Source of the DNA: an uncultured Acidobacteriota bacterium
GTDB taxonomy: Bacteria > Acidobacteriota > Polarisedimenticolia > Gp22-AA2
Length of the DNA: 61,113 bases
Direction of reading: 5' to 3'
Assembly: GCA_964384905.1 (NCBI GenBank)
Contig: CAYLND010000004.1
Span: 1 to 61,113, forward strand
Below the pieces are notes generated by a model. The model did no database searches. It was not told the DNA's origin and saw nothing but the letters and a program-made list of their open reading frames with translations. Shown here in pieces: positions 47,223 to 54,933 of this stretch (positions are counted from its first letter, which is position 1; each line of letters starts with the position of its first letter). A program made the translations under genes and the position numbers.

Positions 47223-47786
47223 ATGAAGCGGATCCTGTGTCTCGCGTTGTTTGCTGTGGTCGCGCTGGCGGCGCCTGTCTTCGCCGCCAACCAGCCGGAC
47301 AAGACCGGTGAGATCGGGTTCGACGTCGCGCAGGCGAACCTCAGCAATTCCGACGCCACCGGCATCGATTCGGCGCAGTTCCTCGGCATCCGTGGCGGGT
47401 ACCAGATCAACCCGCAGTGGCAGATCGAGGGTCAGATCGCGTCGTCGTCCGAGAACGGCACCGTCGCCGGCACGGACGTCGACACCAAGATGCGTCTGTA
47501 CATGGTGAACGGCGTGATGAACTTCCACCCGCGCAAGAAGGAGTACGTGCCGTACGTCATGGCGGGGATCGGCCGGGCCGACGTTCAGGTCGACTCGACC
47601 GGCTCCAACGCCAGCGACAACGCGGTCGCGTACCAGATCGGCGGCGGAACGCGCATCTTCTTCGGCAAGACCCAGAGGATGGCGTTCCGGACGGACGTGT
47701 CCCTGCTGCGCGAGAACTCCTTCAGCGCCAGCACCACGTTCACGACCGTCACGGCCGGAATGACCTTTAAGCTGGGAGGCCGCTAA
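47223..47786 (+). CDS. Outer-membrane beta-barrel (OmpA-like membrane domain) protein
   Basis: SD GAAAGGAG and a signal peptide; eight amphipathic strands; VPYVMAGIG and AYQIGGG motifs. Confidence 0.85.
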   Translation: MKRILCLALFAVVALAAPVFAANQPDKTGEIGFDVAQANLSNSDATGIDSAQFLGIRGGYQINPQWQIEGQIASSSENGTVAGTDVDTKMRLYMVNGVMNFHPRKKEYVPYVMAGIGRADVQVDSTGSNASDNAVAYQIGGGTRIFFGKTQRMAFRTDVSLLRENSFSASTTFTTVTAGMTFKLGGR

Positions 47787-47821
47787 GCCGCCCCGCAGCA
47801 CGGGTCCGTTCGGATTCACTC

Positions 47822-47858
47822 GAAGCCCCGATCGCCACGCGATCGGGGCTTCTGTCTT
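47822..47858 (+). terminator. Rho-independent terminator
   Basis: 14-bp stem gaagccccgatcgc/gcgatcggggcttc with a 3-nt loop, followed by tgtctt, between convergent genes. Confidence 0.75.
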
Positions 47859-47894
47859 GCGGGAGGCTCGATCGGACGGACCGGGCGGCCCTCG

Positions 47895-48404
47895 CTACGG
47901 CTCATCCGGCGCGTCAGCCTGATCCTCTCCCCAGGCGCCATGGTGCTGCCCGAGCCGCTGCTGCATGCGCTCGAGAGACTGCTGGCGCAGCGTGTCCATC
48001 TGCTTCTGCTGGTCGGGCGTCAGGACGCCCCGGATTCGGGACGCCAGCCGCCCCCGCTCGACCGCGAGATCCCCCTCGGCGCCCGACGCCCGCGTGGCCG
48101 CGGCGCGGATGGCGCTCTCGTCGAAGACCGGCCCGTGGATCGCCTCCTCGAGGGCGCGGCGCGCCGCACGGCTCGCCTCGGAGAGCGGGGCGAGCTTGGC
48201 GTGCTCGTCATCGACGATCGACTTGACCTGGTTCTTCTGATTCTCGCTGAGATTGAGCTCGGAAAGGAACGGCATCGGCGGTCCGCCATGCGACCCATGG
48301 GGCCGATCCATCGGCTTCCCGCCCGCCAGGGCGAGACCGATGCTGAACAGCCCGGCCAGGGCCAGACCGGCCGCCTTCTTCGGTGCTGTGGTTCTCGGCT
48401 TCAT
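47895..48404 (-). CDS. Spy/CpxP-family periplasmic chaperone (LTXXQ)
   Basis: Signal peptide; LNLSENQ and VLTPDQQ motifs; SD GAGGAGG. Confidence 0.88.
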   Translation of the reverse strand: MKPRTTAPKKAAGLALAGLFSIGLALAGGKPMDRPHGSHGGPPMPFLSELNLSENQKNQVKSIVDDEHAKLAPLSEASRAARRALEEAIHGPVFDESAIRAAATRASGAEGDLAVERGRLASRIRGVLTPDQQKQMDTLRQQSLERMQQRLGQHHGAWGEDQADAPDEP

Positions 48405-48452
48405 CGACTCCTCCTCAGGAAGTGGGAGCCCCGCGGGCCCCTGCCATCCACA

Positions 48453-48480
48453 CAGACGGCACGCCGCTCCCGCCGGTTAC
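48453..48480 (-). promoter_or_regulatory. ECF-type promoter for the Spy/CpxP gene
   Basis: GTAACC-N16-CGTCTG on the minus strand. Confidence 0.65.
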
Positions 48481-48488
48481 GTGAGCCT

Positions 48489-48516
48489 GTAACCACCCGG
48501 CGTCCGTCGGCGTCTG
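48489..48516 (+). promoter_or_regulatory. ECF-type promoter for the lipoprotein gene
   Basis: GTAACC-N16-CGTCTG on the plus strand, with the same boxes and spacing as the divergent copy. Confidence 0.65.
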
Positions 48517-48553
48517 GACGCTCGGAGCCCGACATCGAACGGAGTGACCGCCG

Positions 48554-49417
48554 TTGGCCGCACGCGAGCGCGAAGACGACTGCAGCGTACGAGGCTGGGA
48601 GCGATCCTGCGTGGCGGGCCTTCTGTCGGTGCTCCTGGGGACGAGCTGTGGCGGCGTCGAGCTGGAAAGCGCAGCCCGGGACCACCCGATCGTCATCGAT
48701 GGGAAAGCGAACGAGTGGCAGGATTCGCTGACCGTCCTCGAGGACGTCCAGATGGCGGTCGGTCTCTCCAACGACGAGCACGATCTCTATCTCTGCATCA
48801 CGTCCTGGAACCGGGACGTCAACCTTCAGGCGATGAACCTGGGACTGACTCTCTGGTTCGACCCTGCCGGCGGCGATGACCGGAAGTTCGGCGTCGAGTA
48901 CCCGGTCATGGAGGACCTGATCCAATCGAAGGGGCCGCCTGCGGCCGGCGACGTCGCCTCGCTGCCCGAGGTGTCGGGAAGGACGGCGTCCCGCCTGGCG
49001 GTGCGCGGACCTCTCCCTTGGGATCGTCGTGTCATGGCGCTGTCGGACGCCCCCGGGATCGAGGTGAACGTCTCCTCGCTGAACGGCACTTTCGTCTACG
49101 AGCTCAAGGTGCCGCTGGACCACAGCGCCGAGCATCCCTTCGCGATCGGGGCCGGTCCCGGTCGGGTCGTCGGCATGACGCTCGAAACGACGAGGGCCCC
49201 GGGTTACAGGGAAGAGCAGGGTCCATCGGGAGGTCCCCGCAGCGGCCGGGGCGGCGGCGGTGGCGGCATGGGCGGCCATCGTCACGGTGGCGGCGGCATG
49301 CGAGGCGGCGGTGGCGGCCCGGGACCGACGAGCCCGGACCGCCCCAGAATGCCCAAGCCGCTGAAATTCTCGGCGAAAGTCCGGCTGGCGAGCGTCACGG
49401 CTTCGTCCGGCGGCTGA
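48554..49417 (+). CDS. Hypothetical lipoprotein with Gly-rich tail
   Basis: GGAG 9 nt before the TTG; LLSVLLGTSC lipobox-like; IVIDGKANEW motif; GGGGMGG-rich C-terminus; start uncertain. Confidence 0.7.
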   Translation: MAAREREDDCSVRGWERSCVAGLLSVLLGTSCGGVELESAARDHPIVIDGKANEWQDSLTVLEDVQMAVGLSNDEHDLYLCITSWNRDVNLQAMNLGLTLWFDPAGGDDRKFGVEYPVMEDLIQSKGPPAAGDVASLPEVSGRTASRLAVRGPLPWDRRVMALSDAPGIEVNVSSLNGTFVYELKVPLDHSAEHPFAIGAGPGRVVGMTLETTRAPGYREEQGPSGGPRSGRGGGGGGMGGHRHGGGGMRGGGGGPGPTSPDRPRMPKPLKFSAKVRLASVTASSGG

Positions 49418-49446
49418 GCCCCGTGCGCGCGGACGGCCGTCTCCCC

Positions 49447-50616
49447 TCAGGACCCGGCCTTCTGCAGCGGCGTTCCATCCAGGAGGCCGTCGATCTCGTC
49501 CCGGCGGCGCTCCGCGTCGGCCTCGCCGAGCTCGATCAGACGGGTCAGGTAGTCGGGCTGGAACATGAGGAGGGAGAGCAGGTCGTTCGACCGCGTCTCG
49601 CGCGTGCCCAGGCCGCGCGTCATGAAGCGGAACGCCGACGGGAGCTGCGCCTCGTACTCGTTGGCCAGCCGGCCCAGATCGCGTGACGGCCGGAGGACGA
49701 CGAGGCGGACCATGCGGTAGTCGCGGCGCGTCCCGGACGGCAGCCGCTCCATCGCCGCGTTCACCCGTTCGAGGGTCAGAGCGTCGGCGTCGAAGAGATC
49801 CAGGAAAATGGCGTTGAACAGGGCGCCGATGATCTGCGCCGGCGGCGGGTAGCCCTTCACCACCGGCTGGTCCGCCTCTTCGCGGGTCCGGGGATAGCGG
49901 GTCGAGATCGCCAGGATCCGGTCGGCGCCCAGGTGGACGGCGGGCGAGAGCGGCGCCGTCAGACGAATGCCGCCGTCGCCGAACCACTGTCCGTCGATCT
50001 CGATCGCCGGGAAGAAGATCGGCAGGGCCGCCGAGGCCATGACGTGACGCACGCCCAGCATGGCGTCGATCGACTTGCGGTGGGCCCTCTCCCACTGCGG
50101 AATGCCGCGACCCTGCACCCAGGTGATCGACTGTCCGGTGGTATAGCTCGAGGCGGTGATCGCGATCGCCTTGAGCGCGCCGCGTTTCAGGTTGGCCTCG
50201 ACGCCCGTCAGCGCGTCCTGACGCGCCTCGAGCTCGCGCTCGAGCAGCCCCCACAACGGCTGGGTGTCGACCGCCGCGTGCGGGCGGGGAGCGGCCGCCA
50301 GGCCGCCCGAGGCCAGCTTGAAACCGAGACGCAGCACGTTGCGCGCCAGAGACAGGCCGTCGACCCTGAAGACCTCCTGCGTGGTGAGCCGGCTCCAGAG
50401 GCGGGCGAGATGTTCGACGCGCGGGCCGAAGCCCTCGGGGCGCGTCGCCAGGAAGGCGGCGTTGATGGCGCCCGCCGACACGCCGGTCAGGATCGGGACG
50501 TGCAGGTCGGGGTGGCGCCGCGCCAGCCAGCGCAGCATTCCGACCTGGTAAGCGGCGCGCGCGCCGCCACCGCTCATGACCAGAGCGAGGTGTCCCCCGG
50601 AAGGGTCGCCCGTCAT
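49447..50616 (-). CDS. Patatin-like phospholipase
   Basis: SGGGARAAY, GVSAG (GxSxG) and DGG motifs. Confidence 0.92.
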   Translation of the reverse strand: MTGDPSGGHLALVMSGGGARAAYQVGMLRWLARRHPDLHVPILTGVSAGAINAAFLATRPEGFGPRVEHLARLWSRLTTQEVFRVDGLSLARNVLRLGFKLASGGLAAAPRPHAAVDTQPLWGLLERELEARQDALTGVEANLKRGALKAIAITASSYTTGQSITWVQGRGIPQWERAHRKSIDAMLGVRHVMASAALPIFFPAIEIDGQWFGDGGIRLTAPLSPAVHLGADRILAISTRYPRTREEADQPVVKGYPPPAQIIGALFNAIFLDLFDADALTLERVNAAMERLPSGTRRDYRMVRLVVLRPSRDLGRLANEYEAQLPSAFRFMTRGLGTRETRSNDLLSLLMFQPDYLTRLIELGEADAERRRDEIDGLLDGTPLQKAGS

Positions 50617-50694
50617 CGGCGTCTCAAACGGCCGGGCCGGCGTCTGCCGGAACGAAGCGCCCCGCACGCCTCACCGCCGGCCCCGACCGGGCCC

Positions 50695-51498
50695 TCATCC
50701 GAACTGCACCGATCGGCGCGTCAGCGAGCCCGAATGGAACCCTGTGATCGGGAACGTCACCGCCCCAGGGTCCTCGACCGAGGCTCCCGCCGCGACGATC
50801 ACCGGGACGAAGTGCTCGTGCGTCGGGAGCGCCTGCCGCACGCCCGGGGCGCGCCCCCGGTACTCGAGGAGCGCGTCCATGTCCCGCCGGGCCAGGACAT
50901 CGGCCGCCCAGGCGTCGAACTCCGCGGCCCAGGATGGAGTGATGGGGTGCGGCCCCCAGTCCATGGAGCGCAGGTTGTGGGTCAGAAACCCGCTCCCCAT
51001 GAGAAGCACCCCCTCGCGGCGCAGGGGCGCGAGGGCGCGCCCGAGGTCGAACAGCGCCCCGGGGTCGAGACCGGGCAACGACACCTGCAGGACCGGGACA
51101 TCGGCCTTCGGATACATGGCAACGAGCGGGATGTACGCCCCGTGGTCGAGCCCCCGGTCGGGCGAGTCGGCGATCGGACGCGTCGCCGCGAGCAGCAGGC
51201 GCACGCGCTCCGCGAGGCCGGGGGCCCCCGGGGCGGGATAGGTCACGCCGTAGTACTTCGCGGGGAAGCCGTAGAAGTCGTGGACGAGGGGGACGGTACG
51301 CGTCGCCGCCAGGGTCACCGGTCTCTGCTCCCAATGAGCCGAGACCACGAGAATCGATTCCGGGCGCGGCAGGTCGCGGGCCCATCGCCCGAGATCGGCC
51401 ACCCATACCGGGTCATCGAGCAGGAGGGGCGAGCCGTGGGCGAGGAAGACGGCCGGCATCCGTCCGCCGGCCGGCTCATCGGAACGTGTCGCCTGCAT
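50695..51498 (-). CDS. DODA/YgiD-like class III extradiol dioxygenase
   Basis: FLAHGSP, VSAHW, RGLDHGAY, GSGFLTHNL and PTHEHF motifs. Confidence 0.92.
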   Translation of the reverse strand: MQATRSDEPAGGRMPAVFLAHGSPLLLDDPVWVADLGRWARDLPRPESILVVSAHWEQRPVTLAATRTVPLVHDFYGFPAKYYGVTYPAPGAPGLAERVRLLLAATRPIADSPDRGLDHGAYIPLVAMYPKADVPVLQVSLPGLDPGALFDLGRALAPLRREGVLLMGSGFLTHNLRSMDWGPHPITPSWAAEFDAWAADVLARRDMDALLEYRGRAPGVRQALPTHEHFVPVIVAAGASVEDPGAVTFPITGFHSGSLTRRSVQFG

Positions 51499-51567
51499 GT
51501 GCGAGTGTGCGCGCGGGTCACGTCCGCGACGGGGCGGGTCCGGCCCGCCAGGCGCCCGCCGCGTTGC

Positions 51568-51768
51568 CTACGCTTCGTCCTCGAGAGGCGGCTGCGGGCC
51601 GGGCTGGATCCCCGCGATATCGGGATCCTCGTCGGGCGCGCCCGGGACGGATGTTTCCTGTCGCTCCTTCTTGCGCTGCAGACGGCGGGCGAGCTTGTCC
51701 TGCTGTCTCTGCTGCCTCGCCATCTCCTTCTGTCGTTTTTTGAACGTTGAACGGGATCGTCTCGCCAC
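51568..51768 (-). CDS. Small basic/acidic hypothetical protein (66 aa)
   Basis: GTG start with SD GAGG; KKRQKEMAR...DPDIAGIQPGPQP has protein-like charge segregation; -10-like TAGCCT upstream. Confidence 0.65.
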   Translation of the reverse strand: MARRSRSTFKKRQKEMARQQRQQDKLARRLQRKKERQETSVPGAPDEDPDIAGIQPGPQPPLEDEA

Positions 51769-51817
51769 GTTCGGTCCTCACCAGGCTAGAGTGGATCCAT
51801 CCGCGCGTCGAAATCGC

Positions 51818-52195
51818 TCAAAGACTGCGCTTCCTCGCGCGCAGGCCGCGGCGGCTCCCACCGTCCTTCCGGAACCGCGGGGCGTCCATGGGAGCCATAC
51901 GCGAGTAGCCGCCCGAGCCGGCGGGCGGCCGCGGGCCGCGGGCCTCGGAGCGTTCGCGCGCCTCGCTGACGTTGATGTTCCTCCCGCGCAGCTCGCGGCC
52001 GTTGAGCTCGGCGATCGCCTTCCTGGCTTCCTCGTCCGAGCCCATCTCGACGAAAGCGAACCCCCGCGATCGACCGGTCAGCCGGTCCTTGATGACCGAA
52101 GCCGTCGAACAGGCACCGGCCTTCGAGAAGGCCTCCATCAGATCCTCGTCGGTGGTTTCGAACGAAAGGTTGCCCACGAACAGTCTCAGACCCAT
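51818..52195 (-). CDS. RRM-domain RNA-binding protein
   Basis: RNP-2 LFVGNL and RNP-1 RGFAFVEM; Gly/Arg-rich tail. Confidence 0.93.
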   Translation of the reverse strand: MGLRLFVGNLSFETTDEDLMEAFSKAGACSTASVIKDRLTGRSRGFAFVEMGSDEEARKAIAELNGRELRGRNINVSEARERSEARGPRPPAGSGGYSRMAPMDAPRFRKDGGSRRGLRARKRSL

Positions 52196-52236
52196 GACGC
52201 TCTCAGACCGAAACACCTGCTCTTGCGACTGGCCAT
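52186..52236 (-). other. Possible 16-aa uORF overlapping the RRM start
   Basis: Strong SD AAAGGAG before ATG 52236 (MASRKSRCFGLRASWV*), out of frame with the RRM gene; its stop lies 10 nt inside that gene. Confidence 0.4.
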
Positions 52237-52383
52237 TTTCGTTTCTCCTTTGACGCAACCCTGACGCGGGCACGCCGCCCCCGGTCGTCCAACTCAGGAG
52301 CGGTTGCACGGAAGCCACCACCGGAACACAAAGGCACGTCGTGGTCAACTCGTGGGGAAGTCAATCGCAGGCGTGCGGAGGAG

Positions 52384-52412
52384 ATGCTACCCGAACAGCG
52401 TGCGTCCGTCAA
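52384..52412 (-). promoter_or_regulatory. sigma70 promoter of the RRM gene
   Basis: TTGACG, 17 nt, TAGCAT; implies a leader of about 180 nt. Confidence 0.7.
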
Positions 52413-52434
52413 TCCAGCGGGTTACCATGCGCGC

Positions 52435-53211
52435 ATGCCCTCCGGACGCGATGACTTTGGCGCCTGGTTCGAGGCCCTCGAGACCAGACACCTGGCCCGT
52501 CTGACCTTCGCCGAGGTGCGGAGAGGGGCGCAGGCCCTGTCGTCCCTCTACGTGGAACGACGCAAGCGTCTGTGCGCCAGAGCGGGCCTGGAGGGACGCG
52601 GGAAACGGGCCGCGTTCGCCCTGTACTACGCGCCGCTCCATTTCCTCCTGGCGCGCGCGGTCGCCCGCGCCCTCGCCGCGGCCGAGCCGCCGCCGCGGAG
52701 GATCGTCGACCTCGGCTGCGGCACCGGCGTCGCGGGGGCTGCCTGGGCGATCGAGGCCGGCGCCGGATGCGACGTCATCGGTGTCGATCGCAGCGGCTGG
52801 GCCGTCGAGGAGGCCCGCTGGAACTACCGCGTGCTCGGAGTCGACGGCCGGGCCTACCGCGGCGACCTCGCCAGCGCGGATATGCCGGGCAAGGGCGGCG
52901 CGGTCGTCGCCGCCTTCACGGTGAACGAGCTGGAGACCGAGCCGCGGGGCCGTCTCCTCCAGATGCTGCTCGCCGCGGCCCGGCGCGGCGCGCGCGTCCT
53001 GGTTGTGGAGCCGATCGCCTCCCGGATCGTCCCGTGGTGGGTGTCCTGGTCGGATGCCTTCCGGATGGCGGGCGGACGGGACGATCTCTGGCGCATCCCG
53101 CCCGATCTGCCGGAGCGATGGCGTCTGCTCGACCGCGCCACCGGGCTGGACCATCGCGAGCTGACGGCCCGGTCGCTCTGGCTGCCGCCAGGCCCGGCAG
53201 CGACTCCTTGA
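52435..53211 (+). CDS. Class I SAM-dependent methyltransferase
   Basis: IVDLGCGTG motif I and IGVDRS; TACCAT -10 box 6 nt before the ATG. Confidence 0.85.
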   Translation: MPSGRDDFGAWFEALETRHLARLTFAEVRRGAQALSSLYVERRKRLCARAGLEGRGKRAAFALYYAPLHFLLARAVARALAAAEPPPRRIVDLGCGTGVAGAAWAIEAGAGCDVIGVDRSGWAVEEARWNYRVLGVDGRAYRGDLASADMPGKGGAVVAAFTVNELETEPRGRLLQMLLAAARRGARVLVVEPIASRIVPWWVSWSDAFRMAGGRDDLWRIPPDLPERWRLLDRATGLDHRELTARSLWLPPGPAATP

Positions 53212-53268
53212 CCCGGCGCGGCGCCCGATCATAGCCTGCGCCACGGCAGCACGATCCCGGAGCACCTC

Positions 53269-54873
53269 GTGAGCGACGCCCTGGATGTCATCATCGTCGG
53301 CGGGGGACACAACGGCCTGGTGGCCGCCGCCTATCTCGCGGGGGCCGGGCTGAGCACGCTGGTCCTCGAGCGCCGGCCGATCCTCGGCGGGGCCTGCGTG
53401 ACCGAGGAGCTGCTGCCCGGCTACCGCTTCTCGACCGCATCCTACGTGTGCTCGCTCCTCCGTCCGGAGATCATCCGCGACCTGCGGCTGAAGCGGCACG
53501 GACTCGAGATCCTCCCCTGCAGCTCCTCGTTCACGCCCCTTCCGGACGGGCGCTCGCTGCTCCTGGGTCTCGGGCGCGACGAGGACGCCCGCCAGATCGC
53601 GCGCCTGTCGCCGCGCGACGCGGAGGCCTACCCGCGCTTCAACTCGGCGCTCGCGCGCATGGCCGACGTCGTGCGTCCGACGCTCGCGGCGACCCCGCCC
53701 GATCCGTCCTCGCTGCGTCTGGCCGATCTGCTGGACCTGATGCAGCTCGGCCGCCGGTTCCGGAGGCTGCCGCGCGCCGATCAGGCGCAGCTGATCAAGG
53801 CGATGACCATGAGCTGCGCGGGGTTCCTGGACGAATGGTTCGAGTCGCCCGAGCTGAAGGCCAGCCTGGCGGCCACCGGAACGATCGGAACGTACGGCAG
53901 CCCGCGCACGCCGGGGACCGCCTTCGTCTTCCTGCACTACTACCTCGGTGAGGCGGATGGAACTCCCGGGGCCTGGGGCTTCGTCCGGGGCGGCATGGGC
54001 GGCATCGCCCAATCGCTCGCCGCCGCGGCACAGGCCGCGGGGGCGGCGATCAGGGCGGGCGCGCCCGTCGAGCGGATCCTGGTCCGCCACGGTTCTGCCG
54101 CAGGCGTCGTCCTGGAGGGCGGCGAGGAGATCCGCGCGCCCATCGTCGTGTCGAACGCCGATCCGAAGCGCACCTTTCTCGGGATGATGCAGCGCTCCGA
54201 TCTCCCGCCCGAGTTCGTGCGCGGAATCGAGAATCTCCGATGCACCGGCAACTCGGCCAAGGTCAATCTCGCCCTCTCGGAGCTCCCGGACTTCAGGGCG
54301 ATCCCGGGCGATGGACCGCACCTGCGCGGCAGCATCCAGGTGTCCGGCTCCGACCCGGCCTATCTCGAGGAGGCTTTCGACGACTTCAGGAGCGGGCGCC
54401 CGTCGCGCCGCCCCTATCTCGACATCGTCCTGCCATCGACGGTCGACGGTTCGCTCGCGCCGCCGGGCCGCCACGTGATGTCGATTTCCATGAAGTTCAT
54501 CCCCTACCGCCCCGCCGAGGGGGACTGGCGGTCCCGGCGGGAGGAGCTGGGCGACCTGGCGATCGACACGCTCGGAGACTACGCGTCCAACCTTCGCCGG
54601 TCGGTCATCTACCGGCAGGTCCTGACACCGCTCGACCTCGAGGAGGTCTACGGGCTGACCGGGGGCAACATCTGCCATGGCGACATGGCGCTGGACCAGC
54701 TGTTCGCGATGCGCCCTCTCTGGGGATGGGCGAGGTACCGCACTCCCGTGGCCAACCTGTATCTGTGCGGTTCCGGGACGCATCCGGGAGGCGGGGTGAT
54801 GGGGGCGCCGGGAAGGAACGCGGCCAGGGAGATACTCCGGGATCAGCGCCGCAGGCGGGCGCGACGCGCCTGA
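53269..54873 (+). CDS. Phytoene-dehydrogenase-like FAD oxidoreductase (COG1233/PYROXD2-like)
   Basis: IIVGGGHNG, GGACVTEE, GGNICHG and LYLCGSGTHPGGGVMGAPG. Confidence 0.92.
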   Translation: MSDALDVIIVGGGHNGLVAAAYLAGAGLSTLVLERRPILGGACVTEELLPGYRFSTASYVCSLLRPEIIRDLRLKRHGLEILPCSSSFTPLPDGRSLLLGLGRDEDARQIARLSPRDAEAYPRFNSALARMADVVRPTLAATPPDPSSLRLADLLDLMQLGRRFRRLPRADQAQLIKAMTMSCAGFLDEWFESPELKASLAATGTIGTYGSPRTPGTAFVFLHYYLGEADGTPGAWGFVRGGMGGIAQSLAAAAQAAGAAIRAGAPVERILVRHGSAAGVVLEGGEEIRAPIVVSNADPKRTFLGMMQRSDLPPEFVRGIENLRCTGNSAKVNLALSELPDFRAIPGDGPHLRGSIQVSGSDPAYLEEAFDDFRSGRPSRRPYLDIVLPSTVDGSLAPPGRHVMSISMKFIPYRPAEGDWRSRREELGDLAIDTLGDYASNLRRSVIYRQVLTPLDLEEVYGLTGGNICHGDMALDQLFAMRPLWGWARYRTPVANLYLCGSGTHPGGGVMGAPGRNAAREILRDQRRRRARRA

Positions 54874-54933
54874 GAACATTCGGACCCCGGGCTTTGTCTG
54901 CGGGCGGACTCAGGGATATCATCCCTTCCCGAT

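Noticed and set aside
53269-54873. Carotenoid or hopanoid biosynthesis locus
   Set aside because: No crtB/crtE/hpn/shc genes are nearby; the motifs fit the broad COG1233 group.
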